Shown here in pieces: positions 49,951 to 60,231 of a stretch of DNA of 64,000 nt. This stretch comes from Setoptus koraiensis. Its lineage: Eukaryota; Animalia; Arthropoda. Positions within the stretch are counted from its first letter, which is position 1. Every line of letters starts with the position of its first letter. The stretch covers positions 19,964,001-20,028,000 of the forward strand of contig CM106585.1 in NCBI GenBank assembly GCA_048013815.1, read 5' to 3'. Made by a program: the position numbers and the translations under genes. A model generated the notes under the pieces. That model did not search any database. It was not told the origin of the DNA and saw nothing but the letters and a program-made list of their open reading frames with translations.

Positions 49951-51653
49951 GCCACTCTCGCGAGGCACACAATTGATTTGAGCGCAATAGATTTAAACGC
50001 ATCAATCGCGTCAGCACGCTACTGACAAGTGAGCACAGGTGAGGCGCTCGTTGAATGATCACTCAAAGTCACTGGAGATGATCAAGTTGAACTTGAACTG
50101 TTTCAGTTCAAGTGAAAGTGGCGCGCCCAGACCGGAAGTGCGCACACGCGCGCCGTGGTCAGTTGCTCAGTTCGTTTTAGATTGGCCAATTAGGCACTGT
50201 TGTGCTGATTGCTGTTGTGACCAGATCGATTTCGAATTGACAAATTGATTTCTGTGATTTTGTATCTCTTTGCGCTCAAATGCTACGTAACAAAACTCAC
50301 CATGACGTAACAAGTGCTGGCGTGTCAGCGTCGGCTCAAATTAGCTGCCCACTTAAACGTAATGAGAGGTTGTGTGGCGTTGAATGGTCAGTTGTGAGCA
50401 ATATCAACAGTGACAAAGACGCTCGGCGCAACACAACAACTGTTGTCACTGTCAGCCTGACAGTGTCAGGCAAGCAAGCTGTCGCTGTCAATTGGCCATC
50501 TCACACCGCCAACACAATGTGAATAGTCACTATTCAACAGTCACTGTTGAACAGTGTGTGTGTGTGTGTGTCATCTTCATTTGTGTGTCATGATGCGAGG
50601 CAACATGATGATGTAATAATAACAAGATTGGTAAGTATTGGCAGACGACAGGCACATTGTGTTGCTTGCAAGGTGACAACACAGCCACCTGTCATGTTGC
50701 CAGCAACAGTGACATGATGGTCAAGAGAGTGCTAATTGTATTCACATGTTGTTTGTGTTGATCCAGTTGCAATCTCTCGCCGGCTAATGTTGCGCAATCG
50801 CTTGCCGGCTAATGTTGCGCAATCGCTCGCCAGAGCACGGTGTCGCCGTCAGCTGACCAGCTGACCGGCTGACAGTGTCAACTGGAGCCGGTTGGCCAGC
50901 ATATTAAATGGCCAACATATTAAATGGCCAACATGTTAGTTGGCAATTGTTGTTGTTGTTATTTTTTCTATTGTTGTTAGTCGCTGCTCGTTGTGTGCGA
51001 TACGGTGTCCAGTATCGGCGAGCTGTCCAGTCTGGCCAGTGTTGTTGTGGCAGCAACGCCGGCGACGACAGCCAACGACAATTGGCCGCACAAATCCTAT
51101 CATGATTGCACAACACAACATTATTAACTAGCTGGCCATTATTAGGCGAGCCAAGTTGCAGCTAAATAGCCTAGTCGTAGTGGCCACTGGATACTAATAT
51201 TATGTGACACAAGCTATTATAAAACTGCTGTGTGTCTCTTACAACTATTGCGTCATATAACCAGCTCAGATAATTAGTTGTCTCATCGACTCTCTCGCGG
51301 CGACGTCTTAAGTAGCCACCAGACATCATCTTGCTTAAGATGTCTTGAGAGCTCCGTCGATGAGACATACCCGCCAAACCCGACTCGCTTTGCCACCCGG
51401 GCTTTGTTTGCGGACCACCGCAAACGACTCTGCCCGGCCACTGGCGGCCGTAGCGGACAAAGCTCGCCATCCCATTAAATCGCCAGATTGATATATCTTT
51501 GAGACAGACAGACACACAGACTGCTCATCTATTCTTCTCACCACCACCACCAAATGACCTAACTAATCGAGCAACCGTTCATTTGTCGCCACCACTTCCG
51601 CCTCCGCTTGTCCAATGTGGCCGCTGCCGTCGCCGCCAAACACTAATTACTAG

Positions 51654-54148
51654 GTCCCTTTGGCATCTTTGTTAGGGAAATAGTGGCCATAGACGGCAAA
51701 ATAAATCACCAATTGGCAGCCAATCATCAGCATATAAAACAACAGCAACAAACTAACGATTGGAACGATGAACTCGCCTTCCTATCGGCCGCCAGCTCAA
51801 ATCCCACAAGCCAATCGGTGCTTCTCGTGGACTCGCTTGGCTGTCCCACCGACTCAAACATAATGGGGCCCCTCACTAAAATGGACCCCATTGGTCAGAC
51901 CATATTGGCCCCGTTCGATGCCTTCAAGTTTCCCACTTCCGATGTTGTTTTGTTCAAGGCGGTGGTCACAACGTGCGTCTCCGAATGTGAGCCCGTCTAC
52001 TGTGGCCTCCAATCTTCATCTACCATGTCCCCCCCATCATACCAGTATCCGCAGTCGCCCTCTCAGCACTCGTCCTCTAGCACCCTGGCGCCGCCCACCA
52101 CAACCAGTGCCACCACTCAGACTTTGTACACTTACGCAACACCCTTCGCGGGCTCCTCCTTGTCAACATTTACCAGTGCCACTAGCGGCGGTGGTGGTGC
52201 CAACACCGCCGCCGCCATTGGAACAGGCGGAACCGCTGGCAGCACCGGAAGTACTAGGCCGGCAATGTCGATGTTGCCGGGCGGGCAAGTGACATTCAAC
52301 AACAACACTGGCACTGGCAACCCGGTTGTCAAACCGGGCAATCAAAGCGGTCTGTTCGGGCCAATGACTACGCCCTCGGTACCGTTCAGCACGTTTCCGC
52401 CGCGCGGTGTTGCCGCGGTCAGTGCCACAACTACAAGCAGCAACAGCAACAACAGCATCAACTCTACCCGAATGAACCCGCCGCCGCTGCCGCAGCAGCA
52501 GCAACAGGCTACCGGGCAATATCCGGCAGTTATAAAGCCAATGCCGGGCAGCGGCAGTGGCATCAACCCGCAGTTCTTCAACTACAACCCGGCGGCCCAA
52601 TCCCAGTCAGCGGGCGTAAACAAGTTAGACTTCAATCTCGCCGACCTAGTCAATCAGATGACCTCCGCGATAGACGGCGACATGCGTCGCACCAGCAACA
52701 ACAACAAGTGGCCCCCCGCCGACCACCCTAGCGGCAACAACAGCAACAACCAAATGGACAACAATCACGAGATGGCAACACGATATTCGCAAATGGACAC
52801 ACAATTGTTCGATACCGATTCGGCGGGGCCACAGCAATTGGCCGGCGATTCGACCGGCTACCGGAACAACAGCACCAACCGTGTTGTTCCAACTAGCGCA
52901 AACATAAACGGCGACACTAGCATGGATCTGACCTATAGCGGCGACAAGTCGTACCTGTCGGGTGGTCTGCCCGTGGCGCAGCTGTATCAGCAGCAGTTGC
53001 ACGGGTCCGCCGTCAGGTCGTATGGCAAAAAGAAGCGGAAGCGCAGAAGAAAGAGACACGATCTAGAGGCCAATATCGTGGAGCCGAGCGGCGCCGTTAG
53101 CGATCCGTCGCGGACCAGATCGCAGACGCAGCACCGCAACGGTAGCGGCAACAACAACAACTTTCAGCTCAGCATGAACCTGGACGACATTAAATTTCAT
53201 CAGTTAAGGGCCAACATTGTGGACATGGATCAAATCAAGGAGATTCTGTCCAGGGGCCGGGACTACCGCACGCGACAGGCCAGACAATACAATGGGCATT
53301 CCGCGAGAACCGCCACGGCCGACAACAACAACATCAAGCAACCTGTTTATGAGATGGACGAGCTAGTGGTGCAGTCTATCCGCATTGTGGACAAGCTCCA
53401 TTTTGACACTAATGACACGGCCAACGGCCCTACTGGCCAGGCAACGGCCAGGGCCAGAAAATTGCAAGATTCGCCCACCAAGACAACCGACCCCACACAG
53501 ACGGCCACACAGATGAACAAATCAGCGGCCAAGACCAAAACAATCCTCGAGGGCTCCTCGAACCCAACTGGCGAACAGCAGCAACAAGCAACCGATGACG
53601 CTGATTCCAGCAGCAGCACCGACAGACGGTCGTCGAGTAACGGCAACGACGACGACAACAACGACGACAACGATGACGCCGGAGCCCCCATAGGCCACGT
53701 GGGCGCCACCATCAATAGAGGCACTCTCAATAATACGGGCGCACTCAGTCTCATAATAGGCACTGTATCATTTGTTTTTGTTCAGATATTCTTTGTATTA
53801 ATTTGCTTTGTCAGCTGGAACAAACACCATACAAGGACGCTGGCCAATTCGTCGAGCCTATCTCAGCACACTCAATCCATGATAAGTAGTTCACCCTCCA
53901 ATCTTGACACTATCAGTCTACAGTCACAACACCAACAAGCCAATTGTAATATTTTGAGCGACGGCAGAAAAGTGTATCAATATCAAGCCTATAATTTACC
54001 GCCAACATTGAACAGTTTATCGGACTATGCCACCACTAGATCCATTATTAGCGACAACAATTGTAACAATAACCAAAAAACTATGTCTCTCAAGTGCCTT
54101 GATAAAAAGTGTATAATGTGCTATGATATATTTACTATTAATTTGTAG
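51654..54148 (+). CDS. PAN/ZP protein exon 3: ZP-C, furin site, TM, cytoplasmic tail
   Basis: Acceptor TACTAG| at 51653 gives SPFGIFVREIVAIDG. LLVDSLGCPTD, FDAFKFPTSDVVLFKAVVTTCVSECEPVYC, SYGKKKRKRRRKR, LVVQSIRIVDK, TM SLIIGTVSFVFVQIFFVLICFVSW. Spliced CDS is 553+1785+2495=4833 nt (1610 aa). Confidence 0.9.
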
Positions 54149-57100
54149 ACAAAGAAAATGAATTAAATTATTTAATCTATTTCCACGCTTCCAAGATACT
54201 TTGCCGATTATTTCATTAGTGATGACGACTTTACATAAGAGATTGTTAATTGAATAAACGACGAGATGTACCATCGTCATATTGTTCGATGTGAGTCAAG
54301 ACAGCGGCCATAACAGCAGCACAGCAGCAGCGGCATCAGTAGGACTTTTCGGAAGGAAACTATGTTAATAGATTTAAGATAAGAATTCTATTCAATTCTT
54401 TGCAACAGGCGCGGGTTTCGCAGCGGGTTCCTTCTTTTTGTTGTTGTCTTTGGAGGCCGGGCCTGCGGTGGCTGTTGGCTTAGGGCAAGCATCAGCAGTA
54501 GCTTTAGAAGAGTCAGTTAGGCCTACTTGGCTTAGGGCGGCCGCATCCTCGTCGGGTCTGGTAATCTGGCCACGTTCTTGTATTTGGTCACCACAAGATC
54601 CGAGGCGATGGTCGTGTCTGGGTCGTCTCCTTTTTCCGACATGACTACGCTATTCTATACACACACACACACCGTTTGTGGCGATAATATTTGTGGTGAT
54701 AATATTTGTGGTGATAATATGTGTTGGGTAATATGTGCCGTGATATGTGTGGCAATATGCGTGTGATATCGTGGCGAATGATGGCCGCGAACAGTCACTT
54801 GTTACAGGCGTGCAACGATATTGTGTGTAAGTGATAGCAGCAGCGTATGCAAATGATAACGATAATATGCAAATGTCTATTAAATGATGGCCTTCGAAAA
54901 TAAATATATATTTATATACGATATCACTGATATTTATTATCAGTATGGTGGTGTGGATATTGGCATGTTGTGCACGCTTCTTTTAGTTTCTCGCTCTCTC
55001 TCTGTCTCTCACTCGCTCACACACTGTGCATGTTGCTTGCTGGCCCGTCTGTCTTCCTGTTTGTCTGCCGTTCTAATTTTAGCTGCTGCGCCAATGGCGG
55101 GGGGCGTGACAGAGGCCGCCCGGCGGCAATTTTCGAAAAAACACGGCGGCGGCAACACAATCGGCCAACTTGAGCCGCGGCGGCGCCCGCCAACATTATT
55201 CATGCCAACTCGGGAGGGGGGAGGCAGGCCAACGTATTATAAGCTGGCCTCTCCCACACGTGGGAGCGCCAACCAACAACCGCACGCAAAACAACAAAGA
55301 ATCTCCCATGAGCTGGCCCAACCCGCAGTCGGGAGCCCGCCGGAGTCGGGACTCGGGAGCGCGAACCACGCGTAAACAAAAACAAGCCACACGGAATTCC
55401 GGCACACGCATTTGCCGGCGGCCGGCCAGCCCAGTCGATATGCTCGCAGCAAACCACAAAAGCCCATATCATCAGGATTTAGAAAAACTTAAATAATTGC
55501 ATTTATTCAACTCAGCTTAGCTCGTATTGTTGTATCACTCTATTTACATCGATTAATCGCTTGTTGTTGTTGTTGTAACTACCACCGTGCTGGCTTTTAT
55601 TAATACTCTTCAATTATACTCTTTGTTCTCAGATAATCCTGCAGGGCCTCGGCTCCCAAATCCTTGCCGAAACCACTTTGCTTGAAGCCACCAAACGGAG
55701 CGGCCACGTCAGTCTTGTTGTACACGTTTATGAAACATGTGCCCGCGTCTAGACCGTCGGCAACGCGTTGCGCCTTGGATCTGTCTGATGTTATCACACC
55801 AGATGCCAGACCGTAATCGGTGCTGTTGGCTCTCTCGATAACTCCGTCGATGTCGCCATAACCAAACTTGCTCACAATCATTATTGGGCCAAACGATTCC
55901 TCTTTGGCGATAAACATGTCATCGGTGACATCCGTAAATACGGTCGGCATGAAAAAGTAACCCGCTCTGTCAGCGCGACGGCCTCCGTACACCAGCTTAG
56001 CGCCTTCCGCAACTCCCTTGTTACAAAAATCTATTAGGTGCTCCAAATGCTTCAAATGATTCTGTGGTCCGTGGTCTGTTGATCTCTTGAATGGATCATC
56101 AATTTTCATTTTGGCCACATTCTCAACAACACGTGCAATAAACTTGTCATGTACTTTGTCCTCTACAAATATTCTTCCCGCTGCAATACAATTTTCACCC
56201 TTGTTGAAAAAGACACTCGACATACCATAACGGACGGCCTTGTCTAAATCACAATCGGAAAATATTATCAATGGTGACTTTCCACCAAGTTCTAATGAGC
56301 ATCGTTTAAGATTGGACATGGCACAAGATTGCATTATTCGTTTGCCGGTTGGCGTGCTACCCGTGAAGCCCAACTTTCGAATGCCAACATGATCGCAAAG
56401 TGCCTGGCCACACTCACCGCCAGTACCTGGCACAATATTTACGACACCGGGAGGAAAGCCAGCTCTGACGGTTAGCTCAGCCCATTTCAATGCTGTCAAG
56501 GGACAAGCTTGTGCCGGCTTCAGAACAAGAGTGTTACCAGCTGCCAGACACGCGGCAGCCTTCCACGACACCATCATCAATGGATAGTTCCAAGGTGTTA
56601 TAATGGCACAAACACCGATGGGCTCCTTCTTGGTGATGGCCAAATTGCGGTTGGGTCGGGCCTGGTTGATAGGTATCACTGAACCCTCGATCTTGTCGCA
56701 CCATCCAGCGAAATACCTAAATACGTCTATCGACATTCCAATATGTGTCTTGATGGCTAATGTGTATACTGCACCACTATCTAGAGTTTCAATGGTAGCT
56801 AACTCTTGCTTGTGTTGTTCCATAAGATCGGCCAGCTTGTTAAGGAGCTTACCTCGATCACGAGCATTCATTAGTCTCCATTTGCTATCAGGACGGAAGG
56901 CTTTCTGGGCAGCTTTCACAGCTTTGTCCACGTCTTCTCGGGTGGTCAATTGGACTTTGCAAATTGTTTCTTCGGTTGTTGGGTTTACAATATCCAAGGT
57001 GTGGTTTGGTTTTGAAGAGTTGACGAAATTGTTACCAATGAATATTTGATTGGGAAACGAAACTTCCATCTTGTTTGCATGAATTACAACGGGCTTATAA

Positions 57101-57334
57101 TCTTCAGGCAGTTTGCCGCTGGAAGAGCCCTCGCCGCGCATTTTTCTCACAACCAATTCGACAAAATCCTCGAATTGGGTTGCCATGTAAACATCCTCAG
57201 TCTCTAGCTCAGCACCGTCACCCACCAGATCTTTGACTTCCTCCACTAAACGAGTCACATCCATCGAGCTCGCGCCAGTATAGAAGAAATCTGTGCTAGC
57301 TGTGACATCGCACGATAATATAGCTTGCCATATG
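54041..57334. repeat. Tandem segmental duplication, copy X1 (ZP 3' end, internally deleted PA2G4, ALDH1L 3' half)
   Basis: 54041-54555 matches 57432-57946. 54568-55600 matches 59203-60232 with indels. 55600-57334 matches 60232-61966 with 4 substitutions. Confidence 0.95.
54392..54642 (-). pseudogene. PA2G4: PA2G4 remnant with a 1256-bp internal deletion and 12-nt filler
   Basis: Reads MSEKGDDPDTTIASDLVVTKYKNVA, then out-of-frame RLPDPTRMRPP*. Filler GTCTGGTAATCT at 54556-54567 replaces 57947-59202. Confidence 0.88.
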
Positions 57335-57405
57335 TCGATGTCGCCATAACCAAACTTGCTCACAATCATTATTGGGCCAAACGATTCCTCTTTGGCGATA
57401 AACAT
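55600..57405 (-). CDS. Chimeric, N-terminally truncated ALDH1L (carrier domain + ALDH domain, no formyl-THF hydrolase domain), 601 aa
   Basis: 24 aa from the templated insert ([24 protein letters not shown]) are fused in frame to IWQAIL...GASSMDV (phosphopantetheine Ser) and a complete ALDH domain (LELGGKSP Glu, GENCIAAG Cys). Expression unknown. Confidence 0.55.
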   Translation of the reverse strand: MFIAKEESFGPIMIVSKFGYGDIDIWQAILSCDVTASTDFFYTGASSMDVTRLVEEVKDLVGDGAELETEDVYMATQFEDFVELVVRKMRGEGSSSGKLPEDYKPVVIHANKMEVSFPNQIFIGNNFVNSSKPNHTLDIVNPTTEETICKVQLTTREDVDKAVKAAQKAFRPDSKWRLMNARDRGKLLNKLADLMEQHKQELATIETLDSGAVYTLAIKTHIGMSIDVFRYFAGWCDKIEGSVIPINQARPNRNLAITKKEPIGVCAIITPWNYPLMMVSWKAAACLAAGNTLVLKPAQACPLTALKWAELTVRAGFPPGVVNIVPGTGGECGQALCDHVGIRKLGFTGSTPTGKRIMQSCAMSNLKRCSLELGGKSPLIIFSDCDLDKAVRYGMSSVFFNKGENCIAAGRIFVEDKVHDKFIARVVENVAKMKIDDPFKRSTDHGPQNHLKHLEHLIDFCNKGVAEGAKLVYGGRRADRAGYFFMPTVFTDVTDDMFIAKEESFGPIMIVSKFGYGDIDGVIERANSTDYGLASGVITSDRSKAQRVADGLDAGTCFINVYNKTDVAAPFGGFKQSGFGKDLGAEALQDYLRTKSIIEEY

Positions 57406-57433
57406 GTCATCGGTGACATCCGTAAATACGGTC
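57334..57433. repeat. 100-bp templated insertion at the duplication junction
   Basis: Identical to 55846-55945 and 60478-60577 (ALDH1L 3' coding sequence). Shares G at the left junction and TC at the right junction. Confidence 0.93.
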
Positions 57434-57539
57434 CATTATTAGCGACAACAATTGTAACAATAACTAAAAAACTATGTCTCTCAAGTGCCTTGATAAAAAG
57501 TGTATAATGTGCTATGATATATTTACTATTAATTTGTAG
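57432..57539 (+). pseudogene. Orphan copy of the ZP-gene C-terminus with a nonsense change
   Basis: Copy of 54041-54148. CAA at 54074 reads TAA at 57465. Confidence 0.8.
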
Positions 57540-57782
57540 ACAAAGAAAATGAATTAAATTATTTAATCTATTTCCACGCTTCCAAGATACTTTGCCGATT
57601 ATTTCATTAGTGATGACGACTTTACATAAGAGATTGTTAATTGAATAAACGACGAGATGTACCATCGTCATATTGTTCGATGTGAGTCAAGACAGCGGCC
57701 ATAACAGCAGCACAGCAGCAGCGGCATCAGTAGGACTTTTCGGAAGGAAACTATGTTAATAGATTTAAGATAAGAATTCTAT

Positions 57783-58388
57783 TCAATTCTTTGCAACAGG
57801 CGCGGGTTTCGCAGCGGGTTCCTTCTTTTTGTTGTTGTCTTTGGAGGCCGGGCCTGCGGTGGCTGTTGGCTTAGGGCAAGCATCAGCAGTAGCTTTAGAA
57901 GAGTCAGTTAGGCCTACTTGGCTTAGGGCGGCCGCAACCTCGTCGGCGGCGTCCTTCTTGGCTTTGTTGGACTTCTTTTTCTTTTTGGCCGCGGCCGACG
58001 CGCTAGCAGAGTTACTACTTTGCAAGAGTTTCACTATTGATTGATCTTCAATCTTATGTTCTGTCTTATAAATACTTAGATCATAGTTGGGTAAACCTGT
58101 GATCTTGTGGGATCTGGTTGGCATTAAGAGTACTGTGAATTTGAATTGGGCTACGCATTCTCCTTCTTTTTCGTGAAGTACCGGGAATGGCTCAATTAGT
58201 TTGTGACTGACACACTCTTTGAGACCCATTTTTGCCTTGACCTCATCATCGAAGTATCTCAAGGTGAAAGGCATCAAACCAAATTTTCTGTCAACATCAC
58301 TATAAACAGCGCGCGAGGCCCTCATTTTCAGCTGATATATTTCGTCTGTCTTTTTGTATATTGTCGTTTTGGTGTCTAGTTCTCGGCC
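57783..58388 (-). CDS. PA2G4: Proliferation-associated 2G4 / EBP1, exon 2
   Basis: Acceptor ACGCAG| (intron 58389-58569). GRELDTKTTIYKK...MPFTLRYF...VLHEKEGECVAQFKFTVLLMP, with a Lys-rich C-terminal motif. Confidence 0.93.
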   Translation of the reverse strand, partial: GRELDTKTTIYKKTDEIYQLKMRASRAVYSDVDRKFGLMPFTLRYFDDEVKAKMGLKECVSHKLIEPFPVLHEKEGECVAQFKFTVLLMPTRSHKITGLPNYDLSIYKTEHKIEDQSIVKLLQSSNSASASAAAKKKKKSNKAKKDAADEVAAALSQVGLTDSSKATADACPKPTATAGPASKDNNKKKEPAAKPAPVAKN

Positions 58389-58569
58389 CTGCGTGTGGAA
58401 GGCGCATGAAAGAGAAATGGGTATTTGGAAGCAATGGTTACTACGTGGATCTATAGATGTGATAAACATGATAATCATAAACATGATAATCATAAACATA
58501 ATAATCATCAACATGCACACAAATAGGTGTGGATATCAGTGGGGATGTTAGCGGATGTTAAAAACTCAC

Positions 58570-59277
58570 CTTGCCCTCGCCGGTGGACACAAGCACGTCA
58601 ATTGCGTAGACCTCGTTCACTTCAAATTCGCACTTCTCGTGGCCCTTCCTTTGGGCCTCTGTAGGATTTTGAATAATGGACTTTTCGCCGTCGATTCTAA
58701 ATTGTTTTAATTGATGAGATAACATACCAGAGACAGGTTTACAATGATAAGATTCGGCCACCTTTTGTATGGCGTCCGTGACGGCCTCGTTTTCGCCGCC
58801 GGGCACCACCAGTCGCAGGGCGACGGCGGCCGCTTGATGCGCTGCATGTATAGCGTCGGCCTTTGGGCCGGTGGCCGGATTTTCTGGTGTTGCGCCAATG
58901 ATTAGGGAATGGGCCACTACGGCTATGTAACCGTCGATATGTGCACCTAAATCAATCTTAACTAAGTCGCCGTTTTGCAGTTTAATGTCCTCGTCTGATT
59001 TTAGGGGCGAATAATGACAGATACAATTGTTGACAGAGATACACGTAGGGAAGGCAATGCCGCGTCTCATTTCCTTGTCGCGCTTGAACACCTTGCTGGT
59101 CTCGTCGGCCATGATCTTGTCGCCTAGTTCGCACAATTCCAGCAGGCTTGCATCGTGGACGCACTTGTCTACGACCGCCTTGAGGGCCTGATTGACAATG
59201 TCGGCCACGTTCTTGTATTTGGTCACCACAAGATCCGAGGCGATGGTCGTGTCTGGGTCGTCTCCTTTTTCCGACAT
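58570..59277 (-). CDS. PA2G4: Proliferation-associated 2G4 / EBP1, exon 1
   Basis: DLVVTKYK, GIAFPTCISVNNCICHYSP, GDLVKIDLGAHIDG, YAIDVLVSTGEGK. Donor AAG|GTGAGT, phase 0. Total 437 aa. Confidence 0.95.
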
Positions 59278-60231
59278 GACTACGCTATTCTATACACACA
59301 CACACCGTTTGTGGCGATAATATTTGTGATAATATTTGTGGTGATAATATGTGTTGGGTAATATGTGCCGTGATATGTGTGGCAATATGCGTGTGATATC
59401 GTGGCGAATGATGGCCGCGAACAGTCACTTGTTACAGGCGTGCAACGATATTGTGTGTAAGTGATAGCAGCAGCGTATGCAAATGATAACGATAATATGC
59501 AAATGTCTATTAAATGGTGGCCTTCGAAAATAAATATATTTATATACGATATCACTGATATTTATTATCAGTATGGTGGTGTGGATATTGGCATGTTGTG
59601 CACGCTTCTTTTAGTTTCTCGCTCTCTCTCTCTCTCTCTCACTCGCTCACACACTGTGCATGTTGCTTGCTGGCCCGTCTGTCTGCCTGTTTGTCTGCCG
59701 TTCTAATTTTAGCTGCTGCGCCAATGGCGGGGGGCGTGACAGAGGCTGCCCGGCGGCAATTTTCGAAAAAACACCGCGGCGGCAACACAATCGGCCAACT
59801 TGAGCGGCGGCCGCCAACATTATTCATGCAAACTCGGGAGGGAGAGGCAGAGCAGCGTATTATATATAAGATGGCCTCTCCCACGTGGGAGCGCCAAAAA
59901 GACGCCGCACGCAAAACAACAAAGAATCTCCCATGAGCTGGCCCAACCCGATGTCGTGTCCGTAGTCGGGAGCCCGCCGGAGTCGGGACTCGGGAGCGCG
60001 AACCACGCGTAAACAAAAACAAGCCACACGGAATTCCGGCACACGCATTTGCCGGCGGCCGGCCAGCCCAGTCGATGCTCGCAGCAAACCACAAAAGCCC
60101 ATATCATCAGGATTTAGAAAAACTTAAATAATTGCATTTATTCAACTCAGCTTAGCTCAATTTGTTGTATCACTCTATTTACATCGATTAATCGCTTGTT
60201 GTTTTCGTAACTACCACCGTGCTGGCTTTTA

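Noticed and set aside
38341-50041. CAG|GTGAG words as recursive splice sites
   Set aside because: They occur on both strands and outside introns, and lack polypyrimidine tracts. The E-box reading is more parsimonious.
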